A stretch of 64,000 nt of DNA from Arenimonas sp. (GTDB taxonomy: Bacteria; Pseudomonadota; Gammaproteobacteria; Xanthomonadales; Xanthomonadaceae). Below, piece by piece: positions 35,516-45,121 of the stretch. Within the stretch, counting starts at the first letter, position 1; each line of letters opens with the position of its first letter. The stretch spans positions 30,665 to 94,664 of the forward strand of contig NZ_DASUDO010000048.1 in the NCBI RefSeq assembly GCF_036275555.1. Direction: 5' to 3'. Below the pieces are notes generated by a model. It saw only the letters and a list, made by a program, of their open reading frames with translations. It had not been told where the DNA came from and did no database searches. Position numbers and translations under genes: made by a program.

Positions 35516-36760
35516 TCAGGGCGGCAGTAGGGGGATGCCGTGTTCGTTGCGGAGTTCGGCGACGGCCTGGTCGGCGATTTGTTCGCGCAGGGTGCGGCCG
35601 GAGAGCGAGAGCAGGGCGTCGCCGCGGGCAGCTCGCAGGGCGTTGGCGTAGGCGATGGTGGCGCGCGGGCTGTCGTTCTGCGCGGTCCACGCGTGGCCCA
35701 GCAGTTCCCAGGCGTCGGCGCCGGCGCCCTGCGCCAGCGCGCGGTGCAGGAAGTCTTCGGCCTTGCCCCACAGCCGCTGCGCGAGGCACAGCTGGCCCAG
35801 CGCAACGAGCAGCGCCGGGCTGGCCGCATGCGCCGCCAGCCAGGCTTCGGCGCGCGCGAGGCGCTGCGGGTCGCGGCCGGCCGGCAGCCGGCCGTAGGTG
35901 GCCACCAGCGATTCATTCCACTGCGCGTCCAGCGCATCGGCCAGCGCCTGCGCGCCAGTGTCCTCGAGGCCCAGCTGGGCCGAGCGGAGCGCGAACGCGG
36001 CCACGACCGGCGCCGCTTGCTGCAGGCGCGGCGGCAGCGCGTTCCAGCGCTGCAGCAGGCCGTCGGCCTGCGGCGACTGCGCCAGGGCAGCGGCGGTCAG
36101 TTCGATTTCCAATGCCGACAGCGCCGGCGCCGACAACGCTTGCTCGCGGCGCAAGGCGTTGAGCTGGGCCTGCGCTTCGTGCGCGCGGCCGGCGCCGACC
36201 AGCGCGCGGGCCTGCAGCAGCTGCGCCGCCGGCGGTGCATTGGCGAACGGCGCCAGCGCGGCCAGTACTTCGTCGTGGCGCTGCGCCGCGGCCAGGCGCG
36301 TGGCCTGCTCCAGCGCCGCGGCCTGCGGATCCTGATGCAGCAGCGCCGCCTGGTGGCGGGCGGCGGCCTCGACATCGCCGCGCCCATCGGCCGCGCGGCG
36401 CGCGCCGATCAGCGCGGGCGTGCGCAGCAGCGGCTCTTCCGCCGCCTTGAGCAGCAGCGATTCGGCGCGCTGCCAGCGACCCTGGTGCAGCGCCTCGAGC
36501 CCGGTGGCCAGGCGGCTGCGCGCGAGCTGGCGCGCATGCCGGCGCCAGGCCTGCACCGGCAGCTTCAGCAGCCACACCAGGGCCCACAGCGCGAACCAAA
36601 GCAGCCCCCAGCCGATGACGAAATACGCCAGCGTGGTGGTGTACGTCAGGCCGCGGAAGCGGACCACGACATCGCCGAGGTCCTGCGAGAACCAGGTCCA
36701 GCCCAGCGCGCCCAGGGCGGCCAGGGCCAGCCACCAGAGCAGGCTGCGGTAGAGGTTCAC
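35516..36760 (-). CDS. hemY: HemY-like TPR membrane protein
   Basis: GTG start overlapping the hemX stop; two N-terminal TMs, GRWQRAE and QRLWGKA. Confidence 0.8.
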   Translation of the reverse strand: MNLYRSLLWWLALAALGALGWTWFSQDLGDVVVRFRGLTYTTTLAYFVIGWGLLWFALWALVWLLKLPVQAWRRHARQLARSRLATGLEALHQGRWQRAESLLLKAAEEPLLRTPALIGARRAADGRGDVEAAARHQAALLHQDPQAAALEQATRLAAAQRHDEVLAALAPFANAPPAAQLLQARALVGAGRAHEAQAQLNALRREQALSAPALSALEIELTAAALAQSPQADGLLQRWNALPPRLQQAAPVVAAFALRSAQLGLEDTGAQALADALDAQWNESLVATYGRLPAGRDPQRLARAEAWLAAHAASPALLVALGQLCLAQRLWGKAEDFLHRALAQGAGADAWELLGHAWTAQNDSPRATIAYANALRAARGDALLSLSGRTLREQIADQAVAELRNEHGIPLLPP

Positions 36761-37764
36761 GGCGCCATGCCCCGCCGCAGGTCGCGCAGTTGCTGCAGGC
36801 CACTGCCGGACATCGGCAGGTCGGGGCTGAGGTCGAGCGTGCCCAGCGCGGCCAGCCGCTCGCGGCGTTCGCGCAGCGTGGCGTCCTCGGCGTAGAGACG
36901 CTGCAGCCACTGGTCGATGCGCACGATGGCGGCGCGGAAGCCGGCCTCGTCGCGGCGGTCCAGCGCGATCCGCGCCAGCGCCAGCTCGAGGCCAAGCGCG
37001 GCTTCGCCGGTGGCGCGGTCGGCGGGCGAGATCAGGTCCTGCGTGCTGCTCGGGCGCACCTGCACGATCGCGTCGAGCAGGCGCTGCCAGCCCGACCCCG
37101 TGCCGGACGCCGGCGGCGCGCCGGGCGCGCGGCTGGCCAGGCGCGGCAGGCTGGCCTGCAGGGCGTCGAGCTCGCCGGCGGCGACGCCGCGCGGATCGGC
37201 GGGCAGCGCGCGCAGCGCCGCCAGTTCCTGGCCCAGCGTCTGGCGCAGGTTGATGAACTGCGGGTCGGTCAGCGGCTCGAGCGCGTCGCGCGCCATCGCG
37301 GTGGCGCGGATCGCGCCGGGCAGGTCGCCGGCCACGTCCAGGCGCGCCTGCGCCAGGCTCAGCAGCAGCTCGGCTTCGTCCAGGCGCAGGGCCTCGCGGC
37401 CTTCGCTGGCCCGGGCCGAGAGTTCGCGCAGGCTGTCCTCCAGGATCGCGGCGCGCTGGCCCACGCCCAGCACTTCGTCGCGCAGCAGGCCGGTGCGGGC
37501 GGTGGTGTCGGTGAGGCGCTGGTCCAGGCCCTGCTGCGTGCGGCGCAGCGTGACCACGGCCTGTTCGGCCTCGAGCAGGCGGGCATCGAGCGCTTCGGGG
37601 CTCAGGTCTGGGCCTTCGGGGGCCGGGGTGCGCAGCGTGCGCCAGGCGTACCAGCCGCCCGCGGCGAGCGCGGCCACGACCAGCAAAAGCAGCAGCCAGC
37701 CCAGGGCGCCGAAGGGGCGTCGGGCGGCGGGGGATTCGGGGCGGGGTTCGAGCACGGTGTCCAC
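36757..37764 (-). CDS. hemX: HemX family membrane protein
   Basis: N-terminal TM, coiled coil, EAELLLSLAQARL; sits between hemD and hemY. Confidence 0.8.
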   Translation of the reverse strand: MDTVLEPRPESPAARRPFGALGWLLLLLVVAALAAGGWYAWRTLRTPAPEGPDLSPEALDARLLEAEQAVVTLRRTQQGLDQRLTDTTARTGLLRDEVLGVGQRAAILEDSLRELSARASEGREALRLDEAELLLSLAQARLDVAGDLPGAIRATAMARDALEPLTDPQFINLRQTLGQELAALRALPADPRGVAAGELDALQASLPRLASRAPGAPPASGTGSGWQRLLDAIVQVRPSSTQDLISPADRATGEAALGLELALARIALDRRDEAGFRAAIVRIDQWLQRLYAEDATLRERRERLAALGTLDLSPDLPMSGSGLQQLRDLRRGMAP

Positions 37765-37796
37765 TGCCGGGGGATAACGCGAAAACAGCCGTAATC

Positions 37797-38576
37797 CTAC
37801 CGGAAGCGCCCGCCCGCGACATCGGCGGCCAGCGCGGCAAGCAGCGCGTGCGGGGCCGCGCCGTCGGCGACGACGATCGCCGCGAACGCGTCTTCGGCCA
37901 GCCGCGCCGCCAGCCGCGGGCTGCTGGCCACCACCGGGCGTCGCCGCAGCGTCTGCCGCATCGGCTCGCCCAGCCGCGACCAAAGCGCATCGAAGGCTTC
38001 GACGCTGCTAACCAGCAGCGCCGAGGTGTCGGGCAGGGCCGCGATCAGGCCGGTGCGCGAGGGACGCGGCACCAGCGGTTCGCGCCGGTAGACCTCGGCC
38101 AGGTGCACGAGCGCGCCGCGGTGGGCGAGGGTTTCGCCGATCAGGCCGCGGCCGCCGGGCGCGGTGACCAGGCCCACGGCTTGCCCGCGCAGCGACTGCA
38201 GCTCCGGCAGCGCCAGCAGGCCCTCGGAATCGGCGCGGTCCGCCGGCATCCGCACCGAGGCGATGCCTGCCTGCCGCAGGGCCGTGGCCGTGCCGCTGCC
38301 CACCGCCAGCCAGGTTTGCACGGGGGCGCCGGCCAGCGGCCGCTGCGCCCGTGCGAACCGCACCGCCGCCGGGCTGGTGAACACCACGATCGGGCAGGCC
38401 AGGGCCGCATCGAGCGCCACGCCTGCATCCATCGACAGCAGCCGCAGCGTAGAGATGGGCAGCACCCGCGCGCCCAACGCGGCCGCCGCGCGCCGCACCG
38501 GGCCGTGTGCGCCCGAGGGTCGCAGCGAGATGACATACCATCCCGCCAACACCGGCGCTGGGTTCGGATTGGCCAT
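37797..38576 (-). CDS. hemD: Uroporphyrinogen-III synthase
   Basis: ISLRP, VFTSPAAV, AVGSGTA, SEGLLALP, GGRGLI and VYRR. Confidence 0.9.
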   Translation of the reverse strand: MANPNPAPVLAGWYVISLRPSGAHGPVRRAAAALGARVLPISTLRLLSMDAGVALDAALACPIVVFTSPAAVRFARAQRPLAGAPVQTWLAVGSGTATALRQAGIASVRMPADRADSEGLLALPELQSLRGQAVGLVTAPGGRGLIGETLAHRGALVHLAEVYRREPLVPRPSRTGLIAALPDTSALLVSSVEAFDALWSRLGEPMRQTLRRRPVVASSPRLAARLAEDAFAAIVVADGAAPHALLAALAADVAGGRFR

Positions 38577-38614
38577 GCCCCAGCTTCGCACAGCCCCTTG
38601 GACGACGTCACCGC

Positions 38615-39064
38615 ATGAAGACCCTCGAAGAACTCGACGCCTGCTACCGCGCCATGCCGCCCGTCGCGGCGATGGGCATCGAAAGCGCCGGCTGGGACGG
38701 CCAGCGCCTGCGCCTGCGCGCGCCGCTGGCCGCCAACATCAATGACAAGGGCACGGTGTTCGGCGGCAGCATGGCGTCGATCGCGACGCTGGCGGCCTGG
38801 GGCCTGCTGACGCTGCGGCTGGGCGCGGAAGGCATCAAGGCCGAGGTCTATGTCGCCGACAGCCAGCTCAGGTACCTCAAGCCGCTGGTGGCCGACCTCG
38901 GTGCCGAGGCCTGGCTGGACGAGGGCACCGACTGGGACGCCTTCCTGCGCAGCTACCGCGAACGCGGCCGGGCCCGGGCCCAGCTGCTGGCCCGGGTCAC
39001 CGATCCCGAGGGCGCGACCGTGGCCGAATTCAGCGGCCGGTTCGCGGCCCTGCGGGCGCCCTGA
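38615..39064 (+). CDS. YiiD C-terminal hotdog thioesterase domain protein
   Basis: APLAANINDKGTVFGGS and YLKP. Confidence 0.85.
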   Translation: MKTLEELDACYRAMPPVAAMGIESAGWDGQRLRLRAPLAANINDKGTVFGGSMASIATLAAWGLLTLRLGAEGIKAEVYVADSQLRYLKPLVADLGAEAWLDEGTDWDAFLRSYRERGRARAQLLARVTDPEGATVAEFSGRFAALRAP

Positions 39065-39106
39065 GCGGTCCCGGGCGGTCCCGCGGCCTTTGTGCATAAT
39101 GGCCGC

Positions 39107-39529
39107 ATGAACGCCCCTCGCCTCTTCCGCCTCGCGCTGGCCCTCGGGCTGGTCGTCCTCGCCGCTTGCGCCAGCCAGGCCGTGCAGCGCAGTCCCCGCG
39201 ACCAGACGCTCTACCACTACGTCAGCGCCGTGCGCTGGAGCGACTTCGACCTCGCGATGGGCTTCATCGACCCGGCCCTGCTCGAGGCCAAACCGCTGAC
39301 CGACCTCGAGAAAGAGCGCTACAAGCAGTTCCAGGTCTCGGGCTACGAGGTCAAGTCCGGCTCCGAGCCGGCCCCCGACACCTACGAACAGGTGGTTGAG
39401 ATCCGCGTGGTCAACCGCAATACCCAGGTCGAGAAGGTCATCACCGACCGCCAGACCTGGCGCTGGGACGCCGAGGCCAAGCGCTGGTGGCTGATGTCCG
39501 GACTGCCCGACCTGGACGCCACCCGCTGA
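39107..39529 (+). CDS. Hypothetical lipoprotein
   Basis: Lipobox LAAC; YVSAVRW and QTWRWD. Confidence 0.8.
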   Translation: MNAPRLFRLALALGLVVLAACASQAVQRSPRDQTLYHYVSAVRWSDFDLAMGFIDPALLEAKPLTDLEKERYKQFQVSGYEVKSGSEPAPDTYEQVVEIRVVNRNTQVEKVITDRQTWRWDAEAKRWWLMSGLPDLDATR

Positions 39530-39536
39530 CCCGGCT

Positions 39537-39565
39537 TTGCCCGCGGCGGCGGCGGCGCCCATAAT
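39537..39565 (+). promoter_or_regulatory. sigma70 promoter of rhodanese-secB-gpsA
   Basis: TTGCCC-N17-CATAAT. Confidence 0.55.
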
Positions 39566-39597
39566 GCCGCCCCTGCCGTAGGAACCGCCCGCCCGCC

Positions 39598-40029
39598 ATG
39601 GATCGCCTGCTCGAGTTCGTCCAACAAAACCCCCTGCTGTCGATCGCCTTCGTCGGCCTGACCCTGGCCCTCGTGGTCACCGAGGTCATGCGGCTGTTCC
39701 GCGGCTTCAAGGGCGTTACCCCGGCCCAGCTCACCGACCTGATCAACCGCGACAACGCCCTGGTGGTGGACCTGCGCGCCCAGGCCGAGTTCGAGAAGGG
39801 CCACATCACCGGCGCCAGGCACCTGCTGCCGAGCCAGGTGGACCCGGCCGGCAAACTGCTGGCCAAGGCCAAGGAGTCGCCGGTGGTGCTGGTGTGCGCG
39901 GCCGGCGTGACCGCCGCGGGCACCGCGCAGCAGTTGGTCAAGGCCGGCTTCAAGCAGGTCAGCGTGCTCGACGGCGGCATCGGCGCCTGGACCGCCGCGG
40001 GCCTGCCGCTGGCCAAGGGCAAGGCCTGA
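39598..40029 (+). CDS. Membrane-anchored rhodanese-like protein (YibN-like)
   Basis: N-terminal TM, VDLR..EFEKGHI and LDGGIGAW; upstream of secB. Confidence 0.88.
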   Translation: MDRLLEFVQQNPLLSIAFVGLTLALVVTEVMRLFRGFKGVTPAQLTDLINRDNALVVDLRAQAEFEKGHITGARHLLPSQVDPAGKLLAKAKESPVVLVCAAGVTAAGTAQQLVKAGFKQVSVLDGGIGAWTAAGLPLAKGKA

Positions 40030-40090
40030 GCCCCGCCCGGCGTGCGATAATCGCCGACCTTTCCACGACTTTCAGACCGGAGTTGCCGTA

Positions 40091-40591
40091 ATGGCCGAGC
40101 AGAACAATGGCGCCGCCGGCGCCGACCAGGCGCAGTTCACCATCCAGAAGATCTACGTCAAGGACGTGTCCTTCGAGGTGCCGAACTCGCCGCACGTCTT
40201 CAACGAGCAGGGCCAGCCGAACCTCGAGCTGAACCTCAACCAGAAGGTCGCCCGCATCGCCGAAGGCCTGTTCGAAGTCGCCCTGGGCATCACCCTGACC
40301 TGCAAGATCGAAGACAAGACCATCTACCTGGCGGAAGTCGAGCAGGCCGGCCTGTTCGGCCTGGTGGGCTTCGACGAGCGCACCCTGGACATGATGCTGG
40401 GCACCTACTGCCCGAACGTGCTGTTCCCGTACGTGCGCCAGACCATCAGCGACCTGGTCGTGCAGGGCGGCTTCCCGCCGTTCTACCTGCAGCCGATCAA
40501 CTTCGAGGGCCTGTACGCCGAAGGCCTGCGCCGTCGCGCCGAGCAGGCGCAGGCCCAGGCCGCGCAGCTCCCCGAGGGCGGCAACGCCTGA
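40091..40591 (+). CDS. secB: Protein-export chaperone SecB
   Basis: [22 protein letters not shown] and [14 protein letters not shown]. Confidence 0.97.
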   Translation: MAEQNNGAAGADQAQFTIQKIYVKDVSFEVPNSPHVFNEQGQPNLELNLNQKVARIAEGLFEVALGITLTCKIEDKTIYLAEVEQAGLFGLVGFDERTLDMMLGTYCPNVLFPYVRQTISDLVVQGGFPPFYLQPINFEGLYAEGLRRRAEQAQAQAAQLPEGGNA

Positions 40592-40607
40592 TCCCGGCGC
40601 GGCGCCC

Positions 40608-41633
40608 ATGAGCACCGCCAAGCCGGCCATCGCCGTCCTCGGGACCGGGTCCTGGGGCACGGCGCTGGCGTCGCTGATTGCGCGCAACGGCCACCCGACC
40701 GTGATCTGGGGCCGCGACGCGGCCCAGGTCGCGTCGATCAACGGCCAGCACGAGAACACCCGCTACCTGCCCGGCATCCCGCTGCCCGACACCCTGGTCG
40801 CCACCGGCGACCTGGGCGAGGCCGTCGCGGGCGCCGACCTGGTGCTGGTGGTCACGCCCAGCCACGCCTTCACCGAAACCCTGCACGCACTGGCGCCACA
40901 TCGCCGCGCGCACGCGGGCGTGGCCTGGGCCACCAAGGGCTTCGAGCCCGGCTCGGGCCGCTTCCTGCACGAGGTCGCCGGCGACGTGCTGGGCGATGGC
41001 GTGCCGCTGGCCGTGGTCACCGGCCCGTCCTTCGCCAAGGAAGTGGCGCAGGGGCTGCCGACGGCCGTCACCGTGCATTCGGACGACGAAGAGTTCACCC
41101 GCCAGGTGGCCGAAGCGCTGCACGGCCCCACCTTCCGCGCCTACACCGGCACCGACATGCTCGGCGCCGAGCTGGGCGGCGCGATGAAGAACGTGCTGGC
41201 CGTGGCCACCGGCATCGCCGACGGCATGCAGCTGGGCCTGAACGCGCGCGCCGGCCTGATCACCCGCGGCCTGAACGAGATGCTGCGCTTGAACGTGGCG
41301 CTGGGTGGCCGCGCGGAAACGCTGATGGGCCTGGCCGGCCTCGGCGACCTGGTGCTCACCAGCACCGGCGATCTCTCCCGCAACCGGCGCCTGGGCCTGG
41401 CGCTGGGCCGCGGCCAGTCGATCGCCGAGGCCGTGGCCGCGATCGGCCAGGTGGTCGAGTCGGTGCAGACCGCCGACGAAGTGATGCGCCTGGCGCATCG
41501 CCACGGCATCGAGCTGCCGATCTCCGACCTGGTGCAGCGCGTGCTGCACGACGAAATCACCCCGATCGAGGGCCTGCGCATGCTGCTCTCGCGCGAACAG
41601 AAGCCCGAGTATCCCGAAGGCCTGTTCGAGTAA
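40608..41633 (+). CDS. gpsA: NAD(P)H-dependent glycerol-3-phosphate dehydrogenase
   Basis: [30 protein letters not shown] and SRN. Confidence 0.96.
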   Translation: MSTAKPAIAVLGTGSWGTALASLIARNGHPTVIWGRDAAQVASINGQHENTRYLPGIPLPDTLVATGDLGEAVAGADLVLVVTPSHAFTETLHALAPHRRAHAGVAWATKGFEPGSGRFLHEVAGDVLGDGVPLAVVTGPSFAKEVAQGLPTAVTVHSDDEEFTRQVAEALHGPTFRAYTGTDMLGAELGGAMKNVLAVATGIADGMQLGLNARAGLITRGLNEMLRLNVALGGRAETLMGLAGLGDLVLTSTGDLSRNRRLGLALGRGQSIAEAVAAIGQVVESVQTADEVMRLAHRHGIELPISDLVQRVLHDEITPIEGLRMLLSREQKPEYPEGLFE

Positions 41634-41639
41634 GCCGCG

Positions 41640-41912
41640 ATGATCGTCCTCGTCAGCGTGCTGCTGCTGGCGGTCGTCCTGCTCACCGCCACCCTGCTGC
41701 ACCTGCTGGCCGAATTCGCCCTCGCCCGCGGCCTGGTCGCGACCCCGCTGTGGCGCCACGCCCCCGCCCTGCTCCGCACCGCCCACGCCGCCGCCCGCGA
41801 CGCGTCGCTGGACGCCCCTGCGCGAACCGCGGCCGGCGGCGCCGTGTTGTGCGCGTGGCTGCTGCTGGGGGTCTTCGTCGCCTTCGCCGCCGCCGCCACG
41901 CAAATCAAATGA
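41640..41912 (+). CDS. Small hypothetical membrane protein
   Basis: 90 aa with two hydrophobic segments; its stop codon is supplied by a palindromic repeat. Confidence 0.45.
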   Translation: MIVLVSVLLLAVVLLTATLLHLLAEFALARGLVATPLWRHAPALLRTAHAAARDASLDAPARTAAGGAVLCAWLLLGVFVAFAAAATQIK

Positions 41913-41929
41913 ACCAGGTCCATTTGATT
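41903..41929. repeat. CCWGG-centred palindrome, single copy
   Basis: AATCAAATGAACC-A-GGTCCATTTGATT. Confidence 0.8.
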
Positions 41930-41961
41930 AAAAAAAAAGCCCGGCGTGAGCCGGGCTTTTT
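41930..41961. terminator. Bidirectional rho-independent terminator
   Basis: A-tract, GCCCGGC-GTGA-GCCGGGC, T-tract. Confidence 0.85.
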
Positions 41962-41983
41962 GGTGTTGCTTGGAGCGGTTGGA

Positions 41984-42583
41984 TCAGAAGCTGGCGCGCA
42001 GGCCGACCGTGTAGATCTCGTAGTCGTCGCCGATGGTGGCTTCGCCGACCACGCCCCAGGTCTGCGTGAACTTGTACTGGGCGCCGAGGGTGCCCGAGAA
42101 ATCGCCGTCGGCGTTGTCGCCGTCGTTGTAGTTGGCCTTGATCAGGCCCTCGAAGTTCTCGGTGAACGAACCACGCAGGCCAACCGAGGCGCGGTAGCCG
42201 TCTTCGCTGCCGAAATCGTCGATGTCGAAGTCATTCCAGGCCAGCTCGGAGATCAGGTCCAGGTTGTCCGACAGGTCGTGGGCATAGCCCAGGCCCAGTT
42301 CGGTCTGGCTGATGTCGAGCTCCGGACGCGAGCCGGGCAGCGTGAACTCCACGTCCGCCTGCTGGTAGCCGCCGAAGCCGTAGAAGCCCGACTCGCCGAA
42401 CTCGAACGAACCGCGCACGCCAAAGCCGTCGCCGTCGCCGTCGATGGTGCCGAGCGGGGACGGAAGCTCCTGGTTCACGTGGTTGTAGTTGCCTTCGATG
42501 TAGGTGTAGCTGAGCTTGTCGTCGGCCTGCGCCGAGAACGGAATCGCGGCAGCGAGGGCCAGGGCAAAGAGGGAACGCTTCAT
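41984..42583 (-). CDS. ax21: Ax21/Omp1X family outer-membrane beta-barrel protein
   Basis: MKRSLFALALAAAIPFSAQA, LSYTYIEG, GFGVRGS and C-terminal GLRASF. Confidence 0.85.
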   Translation of the reverse strand: MKRSLFALALAAAIPFSAQADDKLSYTYIEGNYNHVNQELPSPLGTIDGDGDGFGVRGSFEFGESGFYGFGGYQQADVEFTLPGSRPELDISQTELGLGYAHDLSDNLDLISELAWNDFDIDDFGSEDGYRASVGLRGSFTENFEGLIKANYNDGDNADGDFSGTLGAQYKFTQTWGVVGEATIGDDYEIYTVGLRASF

Positions 42584-42709
42584 GGGATGGATCCTTTTTT
42601 TGTGGGGGCGCCCGACGCACCGGAATGCGTCGGACTGGGGCGCAGTATGCGAATCGCAAAGTAACGGAACATTAACGACGCGCTGTTTTCGCCCTTGCCC
42701 TGCCATCAG

Positions 42710-43180
42710 TCATGCCCCAAGCGATCCCGCGTATCCATGCTGGCGCCACGCTTCGAACACCGCGACCGCCACGGCATTCGACAGGTTCAGGCTGCGCTGG
42801 CCCGCGCGCATCGGCAAACGCAGGCGCTGCGCTTCGGGGATCGCATCGATGACGTGCGTGGGAAGCCCGCGTGTCTCCGGACCAAACAACAGAGCGTCCC
42901 CCGTTTGGTACTGCACGGAATCGAAGCGCACGCTGGAACGCGCGCTGAACGAAAACACCCGCGGCCGTCCCAGCGCCGCCAGGCAATCGGCCAGGGATGC
43001 GTGCCGCCGCACGCTCGCGAACTCGTGGTAGTCGAGCCCCGCGCGCCGCAGCTTCGCATCCTCGAAGTCGAAGCCCAGCGGCTCGACCAGGTGCAGCGCC
43101 GCGCCGGTGTTCGCGCAGAGGCGAATCACGTTGCCGGTGTTGGGCGGGATCTCGGGTTCGAACAGGATGACGTTGATCAT
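42710..43180 (-). CDS. trmL: tRNA (cytidine/uridine(34)-2'-O)-methyltransferase
   Basis: PEIPPNTGNVIR, LRRAGLDYH, FGPETRGL and SLNLSN. Confidence 0.95.
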   Translation of the reverse strand: MINVILFEPEIPPNTGNVIRLCANTGAALHLVEPLGFDFEDAKLRRAGLDYHEFASVRRHASLADCLAALGRPRVFSFSARSSVRFDSVQYQTGDALLFGPETRGLPTHVIDAIPEAQRLRLPMRAGQRSLNLSNAVAVAVFEAWRQHGYAGSLGA

Positions 43181-43201
43181 CCCGGCATTATCGCCCGCGC
43201 C

Positions 43202-43423
43202 TCAGCCCGCGCAGCGCAGCCGCCGGCCCAGTCCGCCGAGGTCGCCCGGCATGCGCGCCAGGCCCAGGGCGCCGACCGGCTCCGCCTGGCCGCAGCCGGC
43301 TTCCATCGCGGCGGGTGCCGCCACCACGACCGGCACCGGCGTCGCCGGCGCGAAGGCGGCGACCGCCACGGCCAGCAGGGGGAGGGCGGAGAAGCTGCGG
43401 CGGAGCGGCGTGGCGAAGCGCAT
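43202..43423 (-). CDS. Small secreted protein (73 aa, two Cys)
   Basis: Nearly all codons end in G/C; basic N-terminus plus hydrophobic core; own sigma54 promoter. Confidence 0.7.
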   Translation of the reverse strand: MRFATPLRRSFSALPLLAVAVAAFAPATPVPVVVAAPAAMEAGCGQAEPVGALGLARMPGDLGGLGRRLRCAG

Positions 43424-43456
43424 GGTCGGAGGTCCGTGGCGGGATACCCCTGCCTC

Positions 43457-43533
43457 AGCAGGTTTCGTGCCAGCCGCGCGGGCCTTTCAAAGCAAGCACT
43501 TGCGCGTGTCCGGCGGGTGTCCGCCGGTGTCCG
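43457..43533 (-). promoter_or_regulatory. sigma54 promoter with IHF-like site and GTGTCCG repeats
   Basis: TGGCACGAAACCTGCT (43472-43457); AAGCAAGCACTTG (43490-43502); GTGTCCG at 43506, 43517 and 43527. Confidence 0.75.
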
Positions 43534-43536
43534 CGC

Positions 43537-44313
43537 TCAGGCCCGGACGCGGCAGGCGGACAGCGGCTGCCCGGCGAAGGCCTGCCACTGCGCCTCGGTC
43601 GCGGCACGCGCCGGGGTCGGGAACTCGATGCGCGCGACCAGCTGCGACTCGCCGTCGTCGTCGCGCAGGTTGCTCAGGCCCTCGAAGCGAAGCAGCCGGC
43701 GGCTGTCGCGGCCGTAGGCCACGTCGATGTGCGGCGCGATCCAGCCCAGCAGGCCGCCCAGCCGCAGGCGGAAGGTCTCGGCCGGTTCGCCGCCGAACTG
43801 CGCGCTGCCTTGGCGGTTCACCTTGAAGCCCAGCGACTCCAGCCGCGACGGCACCGCGAAGCGCAGCGGCACCGATTCGCCCGCCACCAGCGGCGTCCAG
43901 TTGTCGCGGATGAATTCATCGAAGCCGGCGTCGGCGACCAGGCGCGTGTCGTCCTGCAGCGGCGCGCTGCGCTCCGCCTCGCCCCGCCCTTCGCGCACCC
44001 ACAGCGACTCGACGCCGGTGCGGCGCCGCAGGCCCTCGCGGTAGCCGATGCGTGCGTCCTCGAACACGAATTCCGGCGCCACCGCCGAGCCGCGGTAGTC
44101 GACCCGCTTGCGCGCGAACGGCGTGCCGTCGCCGCAGCGATACAGCACCAGCCGCTCGGTCGGCTCGCCGTCCTGGCGCCGCACGAGGTGCTGCTCGCGA
44201 TACAGCAGGCGGTCGCTGTCGGGCTCGCGCGCCACGCCTTCCTCGAAGGTGAGCGAGGCCAGCGCCGTCGTCGGCGCGCACAGGCAGGCCAGCACCAGCA
44301 GTCGCTTCACCAT
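43537..44313 (-). CDS. Secreted hypothetical protein
   Basis: Signal peptide, LLYREQH and VADAGFDEFIR; GGAG SD. Confidence 0.75.
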   Translation of the reverse strand: MVKRLLVLACLCAPTTALASLTFEEGVAREPDSDRLLYREQHLVRRQDGEPTERLVLYRCGDGTPFARKRVDYRGSAVAPEFVFEDARIGYREGLRRRTGVESLWVREGRGEAERSAPLQDDTRLVADAGFDEFIRDNWTPLVAGESVPLRFAVPSRLESLGFKVNRQGSAQFGGEPAETFRLRLGGLLGWIAPHIDVAYGRDSRRLLRFEGLSNLRDDDGESQLVARIEFPTPARAATEAQWQAFAGQPLSACRVRA

Positions 44314-45020
44314 GGCAGCGTTTCTCCATTCCGATCCAGGAAAACACCGGCCGGCAGGCCCGGAACGTCATTGACCAGCGTCAGCAGGCTGCGCACCGAT
44401 TCGTCGGCGGACAGCTCGGCGCCCTCGCCGCCCATCGCCGTGCGCACCCAGCCCGGGCTGGCGGTGACCACGCCGATGCCCATCGGGTTCATCGCGTGCG
44501 CCATCAGCACGCCGGCCATGTTCAGCGCCGCCTTGCTGATGTTGTAGCTGGGCGTGCCGAACGCGGCGGTGGACGCGATCGAACCCAGCTTCGAGCCGAG
44601 GTTGAGCACGCGCGGCCGCGTGCCGCGCGCCAGCAGCGGCGCCAGCGCCTGCGCCAGCAGCATCGGACCGGTGACGTTGGTGGCGAAGGTGCGCGCCATC
44701 ACGTCCGCGCGCAGCTCGCCGAAGCGCTCGCCGCGCTCGAGCACGCCGGCGTTGTTCACCAGCAGCTCGAGCCCGTCGTGCATTCCCGCCAGCGCCTGCA
44801 CGAAGGCCTGGCGGCTCGCCTCGTCGTCCACCGACAGCGCCAGTACCTGCAGCTGCCCGGGGTGCGCCTTCGCCAACGCGGCCAGTTCGTCGGCCGATGC
44901 GGGGCGCCGGCAGGTCGCGACCACGCGCGCGCCGCGCGCCAGCAGCTGGCGCACGAACTCGAGGCCCAGGCCGCGGCTGGCGCCGGTGACGACCGCGCGT
45001 TGTGAAGGGGATGTGCTCAT
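44307..45020 (-). CDS. SDR family oxidoreductase (CsgA/C-factor-like)
   Basis: TGASRGLG, NNAG, YNISKAA and PGWVRTAMGG. Confidence 0.92.
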   Translation of the reverse strand: MSTSPSQRAVVTGASRGLGLEFVRQLLARGARVVATCRRPASADELAALAKAHPGQLQVLALSVDDEASRQAFVQALAGMHDGLELLVNNAGVLERGERFGELRADVMARTFATNVTGPMLLAQALAPLLARGTRPRVLNLGSKLGSIASTAAFGTPSYNISKAALNMAGVLMAHAMNPMGIGVVTASPGWVRTAMGGEGAELSADESVRSLLTLVNDVPGLPAGVFLDRNGETLPW

Positions 45021-45121
45021 CGCGGCGCCACTATGGCCTTCGGCCTAGTGTAAGGACCGTCAAGGCAGGCTAGCATCCGAATCCCCCGGCATGTGCCGGA
45101 AGTCAGCCTACAAGGTAGCCC

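Noticed and set aside
36761-37990. 824-aa ORF suggesting a HemX-HemY fusion
   Set aside because: The upstream part is an alternative frame of hemX; hemY starts at GTG 36760, overlapping the hemX stop.
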